Assembly: GCA_951406725.2 (NCBI GenBank)
Contig: OX597827.1
Location: 53,506,001 to 53,570,000, forward strand
From: Octopus vulgaris
Lineage: Eukaryota
Reading direction: 5' to 3'
DNA: 64,000 nt
The translations under genes were made by a program, and so were the position numbers. A model generated the notes under the pieces. That model had not been told where the DNA came from. It ran no database searches and was given only the letters and a program-made list of their open reading frames with translations. Below, in pieces: positions 12,915 to 59,109 of this stretch. Each line of letters opens with the position of its first letter. The stretch's first letter is position 1.

Positions 12915-13164
12915 TATCCTTTTCTAGGTATTTCATCTTTCAGATGTTCTCCCTGGAGGTAAGACAATTTTTTTCAAGTTTGTTGCACTCACGCATTTTT
13001 GCTAGTACATACGCGGTGAAGCTATACATTAGCGTCGTATTATTACGTTCGCTATTTCCAGTAAATATCGGTACTTCGTTGTGCCATATATTTACTTCTA
13101 TGTATAATTTTCCCTCACGGGCTATTCTTTACTGGAAAGGCAATACTCTCGTATTGCATTACTA

Positions 13165-13202
<38 letters not shown>

Positions 13203-13915
13203 ATAAACTTACTTGGAAATGGATGCGTGGCATTCAATCAAATAATATTCCTCTTCCTACCACTCCCCTCCTCTCCGCCTCTCCCCTCCCCTCCTCCTTC
13301 TCCTTCTCCTCCTCTCCCTCCTCTCCTTCTTTTCCTCCTCCCCTCTCCTCCTCTCTCCCCTCCCCTCCCCTCTCTTCTCTCCCCTTCTCACTCTCCCCAC
13401 AACCCCCACTCTACCCCAACCCCCAGCCGAAACCACATCCCACATGGGATTTCCCCACTCTCGACCCCCCACCTCAACACAACATCACACCACACTACAC
13501 TACACCATACATTACACATCACAACACCCCACCCACAGCACACCGCCTACACACCCATCCCCACATCTTTACACCTACACATACATACACATATCACAAC
13601 ACAACACACCACCCACACACCCATCCCCATATCTCCACACCCACACATACATACATACATACACACGTCCAGACCATCAGCCCTCTTTCACACGCACATA
13701 CATACTCTCTTCTACACACACGCACCTTTGTGTTGGGGCCACCTTCGTTTAGGAAGTCACTTGACCCTGTTATCTCCCCTACTGTCCCTCTAGTGTCTAA
13801 CGTCTGACCTCTGACCTCTGACCTCTGCTTGAAGTCAGAACGCCATGATAGATCGTTAGCTCCTACACACATTTTTTCTCTCTCCTAGTTTCTCTCCTTG
13901 TATTTTTTCTGTGCA

Positions 13916-13953
13916 TCTTTCTGTCGAAGAGCGTAGGCTCGAAACGTAAAAGA
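13916..13953 (+). ncRNA. Minimal hammerhead motif (A6U variant) at the end of a low-complexity repeat (about 13200-14050)
   Basis: ucuuu-CUGUCGA-A-gagc-guag-gcuc-GAAAC-GUA-aaaga. Confidence 0.6.
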
Positions 13954-14049
13954 CTTTTTCTATTTCTATTCCTGAGCGCCATACTAATACATTTGTTTCT
14001 TTGTACTCCACCTGCCTTCGTCTTTTGTTTATTATCGTAAACCTTCCCG

Positions 14050-14087
<38 letters not shown>

Positions 14088-14177
14088 AATCCAAACGGGA
14101 AAACAAAAAAAACAACAACAGTGGAACAATTACAGTATTATTATTAATAGGCGCTCAGGAAATATGGAAGCAGGAAG

Positions 14178-14212
14178 GTATGACGTTTCGAGCGGAGCTC
14201 TTCGTCGGAAAC
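14178..14212 (-). ncRNA. Minimal hammerhead motif (U4C variant)
   Basis: guuu-CCGACGA-A-gagc-ucc-gcuc-GAAAC-GUC-auac. Confidence 0.55.
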
Positions 14213-15568
14213 ATAAAGAAGGAAGAGAGAGGAAAGAAAGATCCCAAAGTGGGCAACAGGAGATGGAGAAAAAAACGACTGGTGTTTACGAAGTACACAT
14301 GGTGAAAGGCGGAAGTTTACGATAACAAGAGCAAAGTAGGTTTTTAAAGCCAAAAGAGTGGAGACAGGGTTGGTAACGCAACAGATGTGTGTGTATGTAT
14401 GAGTGTGTGCGTGTGTGTATGTGTGTGTGAGGCGAGATAAAAAAACAAAAAATATATGTATGTGTTAGTGTGTGCGTCTGTGTGTAGGCGTGTGAGGTAG
14501 GGCGAGACAGTAGTAGGCATAGCAGACAGTGGTCAGTAGTAAGAAAATGAAGGAAGGAGGAAGGGAGGGAGGGGAAGGGGTGGGGGCGTATGTAGCGTGC
14601 CAGCGTGTGTTGAGTAGTAGTGTGTGTGTGTGTCCAGTGTCGTGGTAGTATTAATGGCGAGTAGATTTGAATGTGGGTAAGAGTAATGTATATATTTAAG
14701 CAATGTGTGTGTGTGAGTGGGTGTGTGTATGTGTGCGCGTGTGTGTAACAAAAAAGGGGGGTTAAGGAAAAAGGACTCCAGCTGAGGGGAAGATGGAAGA
14801 GTGGTCCCGCGGAGACGGGCGTGGGAGAACCCAACGACAGGCGACGGTCCCAGGAACGAGCGGGGGGGTCTCGTCGGGTCCAAGAGCGAGGTGCATGCAG
14901 CGCGTATGCGTGCGCGAACCGGCGCAAGCGCGTGTGTGCGCACGCCTGCGAGTATGCGCGTAAGTATGTATGTGTGTGGATGTGTGAGTGTGTCTGTGTG
15001 TATGTCTGGGTGTCAGTGTGTCCGATGAATGTATGTGAGTATGTGTGTATATATGTGTGTGCATAGATGTATGTCCGTGTGTGTGTGTGTGTGTATGTGT
15101 ATGAGTGTGTATGTATGTACGTGTGGGTGTGTGGAAGTGTGTGTATGTGCATGTGTGTGCGCGTACATACAGGTGTGTGAGTGAGTGTGTGTGTGTGTGT
15201 ATGTATGTGTGAGTGTGTATGTATGTGTGTGTAGGATGCATGTATGTGTATGGGTGTATGTATGTGTGTGTATGTATGTATGTGTACGTGCGTGTGTGTG
15301 TGTGTATGCGTGTATGTGTGCGCGTGTGCATGCATGCATGCATGTGCGTATGTGTGTGTGTGTGCATGTGTGTGGGTATATATGTATGTGCGTATATGTG
15401 TGTGTATGTCCGTACATGTGTGTGTGTATGCATGTGTGTGTATGTAGGTGTGTAGGCGTGTGTGTATAGGTGTATGTATGTAAGTATGTATGGGTGTGTC
15501 CGTGTATGTGTGTGTATGTATGTGTGTGTATGTAGGTGTGTGGGCGTGTGTATATAGGTGTATGTATG

Positions 15569-15730
<162 letters not shown>

Positions 15731-15824
15731 ATCCAAACATGAGCAAAGAGAAAACACAATAACGCGAGGACGTGGAACAAGTATAGTGTTATTGGACGCT
15801 CAGGAAAAGAAAGAAAGAAGGAGC

Positions 15825-15859
15825 ATTTAACGTTTCGTGCGGAGCTCTTCGTCAGAAAT
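15825..15859 (-). ncRNA. Minimal hammerhead motif
   Basis: auuu-CUGACGA-A-gagc-ucc-gcac-GAAAC-GUU-aaau; one mismatch in helix II. Confidence 0.6.
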
Positions 15860-15926
15860 ATAGAAAAAAGGAAAAGTCCAATGAAGGGAAGATGGAGAAA
15901 GAAATCGCCAACGATACACACGCGGT

Positions 15927-16099
15927 AGGCGTAGGAGTCGCTGTGTGATAAGTAGCTTGCTTACCAACCATATGCTTCCGGGTTCAATCTCACTGCGTGA
16001 CACCTTGGGCAAGTGTCTTCTCACTATAGCCTCGGGCCGATCAAAGCCTTGTGAGTGGATTTGGTGGACGGAAACTGAAAGAAGCATGTCGTACATATG

Positions 16100-16183
<84 letters not shown>

Positions 16184-16405
16184 TGTCTGGCTGTCTGTCT
16201 GTGTGTGTTTTTGTGTCTGTGTTTGTCCCCCCAACATCGCTTGACAACCGATGCTGGTGTGTTTACTTACCCGTAACTTAGCGGTTCGGCAAAAGAGACC
16301 GATAGAATAAGTACTAAGCTTACAAAGAATAAGGGGTAGATTTGCTCGGCTAAAGGCGGTGCTCCAGCATGGCCACAGTCAAATGACTGAAACAAGTAAA
16401 AGAGT
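15927..16405 (+). mobile_element. SINE family A, full length, followed by partial copies up to about 16700
   Basis: Same head, core and tail as 10454-10884, with a longer (TG)n. Confidence 0.9.
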
Positions 16406-16899
16406 ACATATATATATATATATATATATCTACAATTTATCTTTTACTTGCTTCAGTCATTAGACTGCGGTCATTCTGGGACACATATATATTTATGTGT
16501 GTATCTTTGTGTCTGTGTTTGTCCACCCACCATCACTTGACAACCGATGTCGGTGTGTTTACGTGCCCGTAACCTAGCAGTTCGGCTAAGGGACCAATAG
16601 AACAAGCACTAGGCTTACAAATAGTAAGTCCTGGTGTCGATTTCCCCGATTTAAAAAAAAAAAAACTTTTAAGGGCTTTGTCAATGACTAAAGCAAGTAA
16701 AATAATAAAAGAATATATATACACAATGTATTAGAAACCGGTGTACAAAAGAATTGAAATCAAAGAAATCTAAGTCACTAGATAAAGAATAGCTTACAAT
16801 TACACAATTGTTGATTGTTTCATTCAGGGAGGTAAGCTCTGCTATATTAACGTGTGACTTACCAGTAAAACTAATACTAGATGATGATGGCAATATATA

Positions 16900-18050
16900 C
16901 AGCTTTGGCCAATAGTATTAGGCCACCCCCAATATTTCGGGGTTCTGCTATCTTAATGAAATTCGTGCACATAGTAGATTATGATATATTTCACAATATA
17001 CATTAGTTTTAATATCTGGCTGACCCTCCCTTAGCATCAGTTACTGCTTTTATACAGTTAGGCATTGAATCAACTAGTCTCTTGTAGGTGCTAGGAGCAA
17101 TTTTACTCCGTTCTTCTCTCAACTTTTGGTACAAATACTCTTTATTTTTAATCGTTGTGTTCCTGATAGCTTCACCAAACATTTCCCATAGTTGTTCGAT
17201 CGGATTTAGATCGGGACTTTGAGCTGGCCAGTCCATGGGAAGAATACCCTGTGTCTCAAACCATTAATGAGTATTCTTTGCTGCATGACATGCACCGTTG
17301 TCCTGTTGAAAGATAACACTGTTTTTCGACACTCTTGGATGCAATTTAGCAATTGATGGCTCTAAAACATCTGATAACATAGAAACATAGGTAGCTGAAT
17401 TCATCCTTCCCTGACATAAAAGCATTTCTCCTAGTCCTGCGGCAAACATGCAAGCCCACACCATGATAGAACCACCCTTATGTTTTACAGTTGGTACCAG
17501 ACATTCAGCCCTAAATGCTTCCGCGACTCTGCAACGCACAAGAGTTGCACTAGATGTACCGAAAACCTGAGTAAAAACTTGAACAATAGTATTAGCTTTA
17601 TGTTGGATTATTTTTTGTATATTTTGGGCAACAAGCCAGTTACATTAAGTTTATATGTTGATTGAATACATGTACTATCTTAGCCCATAGTTACTTTCAT
17701 CAGACCATATGACTTTTGACCATCGCTCACTGGTTCAATTTGAGTGGTTTTTGGCCCACTGAAGAAGTTTTTCCATATTCGCTTCAGAAACCCACCGCTT
17801 CTTCCTGGCTTTGCAGCCTTTTCAGACAGTACTCTACAAGCATTCTACTAACAGTTCTGGATGACATTTGTGAAGTACTAGCCTTGTTGAAGTCCGCACA
17901 GAGCTCTGACAATGTTTTTCTTCTGTTTCTGAGCGACTGGCGGACGGTAGATAATACCGTGATGACATTTTCTTGTATGTCTTGTATGTATGTCTTGGAT
18001 GTAACGCAAGAGTAATAACATTTTCGGATTTCTCCCAGCTACAGAGCATC
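16900..18050 (-). mobile_element. Tc1-family (DD34E) transposon, inactivated
   Basis: KVIWSDES, PTVKHKGGSIMVWACM and FQQDNG-x-WPAQSPDLNPIE with 34 residues between D and E (one in-frame stop). One terminus reads TA|cagctttggccaatagtattaggccacc at 16900. Confidence 0.92.
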
Positions 18051-18054
18051 TTAG

Positions 18055-18734
18055 TTAAATTCCTTCTCTTCTCTCCAGATTTTCCTCCAGAAGGAGTCTA
18101 TGCCTTCTCGTGAAGGAGCTTCTGTGATATTTACTGCTCCTCCTCCTACTGTCTTTGTATACTGCTGCCTGGTTGCGGTTAAAGTTTTTGTTTATTGTTC
18201 TTCTCTCAGTTATTCTCTTTTGATGTCTGAGTTTTTCACTGACAGCTTTTAGCTCCTGCTTTAGGGTAATCAGTTTGCAAGTGTGTGTCCCCTTTTTGCT
18301 GTCTCCAAACATCATTTCTATCTTCTTCTTTATTTTCTGTTGGTGGGACGCGTAGTGATTTGCTTGTTTGTTTGCAATAAGCATCATTACATGACTGATG
18401 GTCTTCCGTAAACCAGTTAGCTTTTTCTCTATCTTCAAACCCATAATGGTACTTTCTTTGTTATTTCGGTTTTGTTTACTTTTTTAATATCATTCAAGTA
18501 CTGTTTTACAGTAGTAGCCAGCGCATATAGACTGGCGTTAACTTGGCAGTATGTGGGTTCATCACACTGTTGTAAATACTCATCACCAACTTTGTTAGCA
18601 GCTTTTAATACCGTATCTGGTATTTTTTCTTACTTTGGTAGAGAGTACTCTCTCTTTGAGAGAGTCCTTCAAAGCCAAAGTTATTTTTCTCGGAAAATTT
18701 CAGTAAGGGCACATTTCACCGGCATATAATCCTG

Positions 18735-18809
<75 letters not shown>

Positions 18810-18810
18810 G

Positions 18811-18877
<67 letters not shown>

Positions 18878-19450
18878 TCCAATAATCGTTGCGGTTGTGC
18901 CTGCTATTTGCCATGGTCATAGTAGGGGGACAGTGGTCAGTTATTTGAGCCAGTAATGTAGTTTGGCTGACAGGCACTATGGAAGCTGTTGAAATGTCGC
19001 TAGCTGCGAAACCACGTTGTAGTTTTATGTCATTTACGCTTTCGTTTTTGTTTATAGAGTTGGGAAGAAGGTTAATTTTCGATTTTTAATAAAGTTACAA
19101 TTACTAACCTTCTTTCTATGTTCTACAAATGTTGCTTGTTGGCCTAGTTGCTTCGCAGTAAAAGGATTTGATTCTGGATGCAGATCATCCCAATATGATT
19201 TCAATCGATTCATATAGCCAACAGCAGGGTTTTATTTCGCTTTTTCGTAGCAATTAAATATATCGTTATTCAGTTCATAATTCCAAGAGAAATGAGTTTT
19301 ATAGTTATGGTTTCTTCTATAACTACAGCTAGAAAGAAATTGTTTACCTGTTGAGCTGTTGTTTTCCTTCTGTTCCTCGATTGTGTTGTTGATGTTTTGT
19401 CCAGCCATGTTGTTTGTAATAACTCTCTGCATGCTAAATTCAAGTTTCAG
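18055..19450 (-). mobile_element. 5' region of a probable R4/Dong-type LINE ORF with an internal (AGT/AGC)n expansion
   Basis: FSWNYELNNDIFNCYEKA..GYMNRLKSYWDDLHPE and LKQELKAVSEKLR..NKNFNRNQAAVY, which resemble the N-terminal region of RLE LINEs. Confidence 0.65.
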
Positions 19451-19566
19451 TCGAAAATCACTACGGTCGTAAATAAAAGGCTCCCTCAGTTAATTTATCT
19501 GAAGATTAACCATATTTAAGAAGGCTGATAGTTGTGGCTCCAAAGTTGGAGATAGTATTTATTGTA

Positions 19567-20127
19567 TTGGGTTGTCCGGAAAGTTCGTGCCGATTTTTAA
19601 AGGAAAGGAAAAGGTCAATAAATACTTGCCATTACATTTTTAATCAACCAAATATGAAACATTTTGTTGCACAATGTGTCTCCATCTTTCCTTTACCTTG
19701 AAAATACCCTCTTCCCAGAATTAAGGTGGTTTATGGCAAAGAATTCATCAAGGTATCTTTTTACGCCATCTAAGGAATTGAAATTTTTACCATTAAGACT
19801 ATTCTGCAGAGACCTGAATAAGTGGAAATCAGAAGGAGCAATATCTGGTGAATATGGAGGGTGGGGTAATATATCCCGGCCGAGCTACAGCAATTTTTGT
19901 CTGGTTCCCAAAGCATCAAGTGCCGAAAATGAACTTATCTTCGATTTTAAAGAGTTACATAATTAACACAGGTTATAGGAACATAAATCTTCTTCCACGA
20001 AAAGATAGCTTAAACTGTGCTCTAAATGGAGGTGTAGTCAAATACTTTTTTATGGATTTAACCATGTTCTAAAATAAGTCGAAAGGTAAGCTACTATAAA
20101 TCGGCACGAACTTTCCGGACAACCCAA
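19567..20127 (-). mobile_element. Internally deleted mariner (561 bp) with perfect 30-bp TIRs and TA target duplication
   Basis: TA|ttgggttgtccggaaagttcgtgccgattt ... aaatcggcacgaactttccggacaacccaa|TA. Internal remnant HPPYSPDIAPSDFHLFRSLQNSL. Confidence 0.95.
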
Positions 20128-20766
20128 TATTTTCGATAGTCTTCTACGCCAAATACGCGACTTGTCGCTTCGAATGAATGAATGAATGAATGTATTATCC
20201 CTGCTGTAAATGTTCTGTTTACTTGCTGGTTCAACTACTCGTAATATTATCTCTCCCAACGATTGGTTTTTACAGTTTTGTTAAATTACTCAAACCCAAT
20301 TTTTGAAAAGGACATAGTAGGGAATTCACGGTCACTGTCGGCTGCACATTTGTTACAGAAGTTGTTTAGATATAAGAGTCTTCAAAAATGATACAGGGAA
20401 ATAATTTTCTGTGACGAGTGAAGTAATCAAACATTTCGGATTCTTCTTCTTCTTGTCTATCACTTTCCTTAATAAATTAAAACTCTAAAAGCCTATATTT
20501 CAGAAAGCTTTTTATCTATATGTTGTGTTCAGTTAATATATACCTCTAAAGCATCTGGCGAACTGAAATCACATGTCGGATTTTACATCTGGATAAAGCA
20601 TTTTTAAAAGGCAAGTGAACATCTTGCATCCTTGATAATTAACCTTCCTTGATAATTATGTATATAATTAGGTAATAAATATACACCGTAAATAATATAA
20701 ATAACAAACGAAAGAGATGAAGACATTGAGCTTAAGAAGACAATAGATTAATTCATGCGAGATAAT

Positions 20767-20772
20767 TTTATT
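20767..20772 (-). promoter_or_regulatory. Candidate polyadenylation signal AATAAA
   Basis: tttatt on the plus strand about 110 nt past the stop codon. The AT-rich context makes a chance match possible. Confidence 0.45.
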
Positions 20773-20883
20773 TCAGTAAAATAAAAAAATTTTTAAAAAA
20801 AAGAAAGAAAGAAAAGTAATTTCGGAAAAGCTTGTTAACATGTCGGTATTTCGTTCGGATAATTAACCATCAATGCGTCTTTT

Positions 20884-56069
<35,186 letters not shown>

Positions 56070-56644
56070 GTTGATGTGATTGTGTTTGCTTGTATTCGTT
56101 ACGTTGTTTCTTTACAGATTTCCTCTTTCCGATGAAGTTTTTGATTTCTCCAAATAGGATAAAACGTTGTCGCAAGGCTTCCTTACGAATGCTAACTCTT
56201 GTCTAAGCTGAACCTTTTTATGCTGAAGGAACCATCCGCACAAACACGTGAATCATTGATTGGGGAGTGTCAAAGCAGTTTGACAGCATGAAAAGGCAAA
56301 CCTTTTTCTCATTGTGTCCTTTCACAGTGAAGAAATACCATAAAATAATAAAAACTGAAGCTATCCATGTGACCTAATGAGTTTCTAATTTAAATTTCAT
56401 ACAAGTTGAATACCTTATCAATGGGTGTGTCGTTAATTTATTGGATGTGTACATATTTTACTTTCTCTCCCACTCACTCATTCTTTCGCTTTTCACTCAC
56501 TTTCTCTCTCTCTCTCTCCTTCTCTTTCTCTCCTTTTGTCCTTCCCTTGTCCCATAACATGCATGTTTTCGTCCACGTTTAGTAATGTATGTACATATAA
56601 AGATTGTAATTGCCGTTACTGCTAGTAAGGTTATTATTATTATT

Positions 56645-57980
56645 ATTTTCATATACACTAAACAGATTAGACTGATGGAACAGCAAAGAATCCTAACATC
56701 TGCCTACAACAAGTAGCCTTAGATGCCAAGAACCCTCCTAATTATCCTAACTGTCCTCAATAACACTGTACTAAACTGGGTTTTATGCCTATTTCTTCTA
56801 TCCATCTGCTCAGATTTTTAGTGATAGTTCCCCATGCACCTATAACTACTGGGATATGTTTTACCCGCACTTTTCATAGTCTCTTTAATTCAATAGCTAA
56901 GTCCTGGTATTTGCTATTTTTTCTATACCTCTCATATTATTTTTTTCATCATTTGGGACTGTAATCAGGCCTTCTAACTTCTATTACTCCGTCAGTCTGA
57001 ATGTTAAAGTTCCACAACATCTTGTATTTCTTACTTTCTAGTACTTTACTACGTTCATATTCATACCATTTATCAGTGTGGTCAAATCCTAGATTTCAAC
57101 ATATTGCCATGTCTTTTCTTATATTCTTTCTGTGCCAAGATGCTACATTCACTTACTATATGAACAACGCTTTCCATTTTTGCTTTGCATAATCTACATT
57201 GGGAATCTAATGGTTTTTATCCAACTTGGCTTTTATCCAGTTAGTCCTAAATGCTTGATGTTGTGCAGCTACTAACAAACTTTCTGTCTCCCTTTTCAGC
57301 TTTCCTTTCTGTAACCATAACCATGTCTCACTACAACTATTTGCAGCAACTATCTTTAGGAATCTACCATGTAACGCCTTCTCCTGCCAGCCAGATAATT
57401 TCTGTTCTTTTTTTCCGATTTTTAACTTTGTTTTGGGTTTTTGGCTTCCCTATATCTTGCTGTGACTCTAGCAGCTTTTAATAAACTTTCTTCACTATTA
57501 CCTACATAAGAGTCTATATCTACTCTAGCTAACTCCATGCAGTCTTCTACTGCTATTAACTTTCTTCTGCCTTCCTTTCTAGGTAGGTATAATCTTGCTA
57601 CTCCTGTTCTTGGGTCGAGTACTCCATTCATATTGAATTCCTTCCTAGTTCTTCTGTCTAACTTTGCTAATTCACTTTTTGTCCAGTCTACAAAAGCTAT
57701 TGAGCATCTGAGTGATGATACTGCCCAAATATTTACAGCTTCCACTAGATTCGGACCATTTAGCTTTGATTTCTTTAGCTTCTTCTCCCTTGTGATGTAC
57801 TCCGTCTCAATTTTCGTTTTCATTTCTGTAGTTAGTACTCTGTCAGATTCTAATACTCCTAGATATTTATAACTTTCTCCTCCTTTCATTGATTTTAATG
57901 TCTGGCCATCTGGCAATTGGGTGCCTTTGTTGTTGACTACCAGTCCTCTTCTCATGACTAATATTGCACACTTATCTATG
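56645..57980 (-). mobile_element. R4/Dong-type LINE copy A, 5'-truncated
   Basis: YKYLGVLE..SKLNGPNLVEAVNIWAV..LDRRTRK..RLYLPRKEGR plus an RLE remnant WNFNIQTDGVIEVRRPD. (TTA)n on both sides. Confidence 0.88.
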
Positions 57981-58040
<60 letters not shown>

Positions 58041-58389
58041 GAGCACGATTCGATTGTAGTAGATATGTAATTGGTTGAACGATAATTCTGTCTTTGTCAA
58101 ATTCAAAATAAGAGGTGATAAAAGTTCAAAATTATAGAAATTCAAATTTAAAGTATGAACGAGAGCAACCAGCGTCCACACGTTAATGGAAATAGGAGAA
58201 TTTTAATCAAACTGTTTGATTAAATATTCTTTTCCCTTTTCTTTTTTCTTTTCTCGTTTTTTTCTGTCTTTTTCTTTTCGCCTGTTATAAAATTGAAACT
58301 TAAAGACTGATGATGTCATTCCATTAATGTGTGGACGTTGGTTGTTCACGTTCCTACATTAAGTTTAAATTTCTTTAATTTTGAATTGT

Positions 58390-59050
58390 TATCGCCTCTT
58401 ATTTTTCGAACTTCATAGTCGCACTGAATCATAAAATCCCATAGGATCTTTGCATTATCATTTTCGATGATGCCTTCAGATTTAGACGTTTTTGCTCTGT
58501 CAACTCCATACTTGTTGTAAGGTGTCCCGTGGACAATCCTTGCTATATGACGTCTCTTATATTCTTTCTGGGCTAGTGGCATACATTGGTTGGTAATATG
58601 CCATACGGTTTCACCATTTTGTCTACAAATTCTGTACTTATCACTTTCTGGTGTGTTGTGTATTCTGTATTTGATGTAACTGGTTCTGAATGCTTGCTCT
58701 TAGGCTGCACAGATTAGAGTCTCCGTTTCCGGTTTTAATTCACTTTTAGTCATCCATAGCCATCGTTTTTCTCTGTCTGTCTTATCTTCAACATCCCTAT
58801 GAAATTGTCCATATATTCTTTTCTTTATCCACCTATTTTCTGTTTCATTCATTCTCAAGTGCTTGTACAGCGCCTTATCTTTGCAATCTTTCACCCGACA
58901 CAAGCCTGACCTTCTTACTTCCAGTAATAGTGGTTCTGTGGCATTTTTCACGTACCATTCTATGGTGTTTTCTTCTGCTCTAACGCAACGCTGTGTTCGC
59001 ATCAAATCAGTCCTTTTCCCTTTTTTTTTTCTTGGTACATACAGTCTGTC
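58390..59050 (-). mobile_element. R4/Dong-type LINE copy B, fragment
   Basis: GQFHR..WLWMTKSELKPETETLICAA..ICRQNGETVWHITNQCMPLAQKEYKRRH..KILWDFMIQCD. Confidence 0.88.
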
Positions 59051-59109
59051 TGTGTTATTATTATTATTGTTGTTGTTCTTGTTGTTGTAGCTATCATTTT
59101 TATTATTAT

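Larger units (their letters stand above)
12125..13168. mobile_element. Hammerhead-bearing 434-bp unit: about 1.5 tandem copies on the minus strand plus one inverted copy (retrozyme or PLE pseudo-LTR-like)
   Basis: catagaag recurs at 12127 and 12561 (period 434). 12756-13168 is the near-identical reverse complement. Confidence 0.85.

Noticed and set aside
11710-13165. Repeated ORF beginning MADEDRSSICVQAY..
   Set aside because: It starts at TTG, overlaps the hammerhead and runs into SINE or simple repeat. It recurs only because the DNA unit is duplicated.
56125-56225. CCGATGAAG..AAAACGTT motif and a CATAAAAA TATA-like box upstream of the ATG
   Set aside because: The helices do not pair, and the promoter position cannot be fixed without transcript data.
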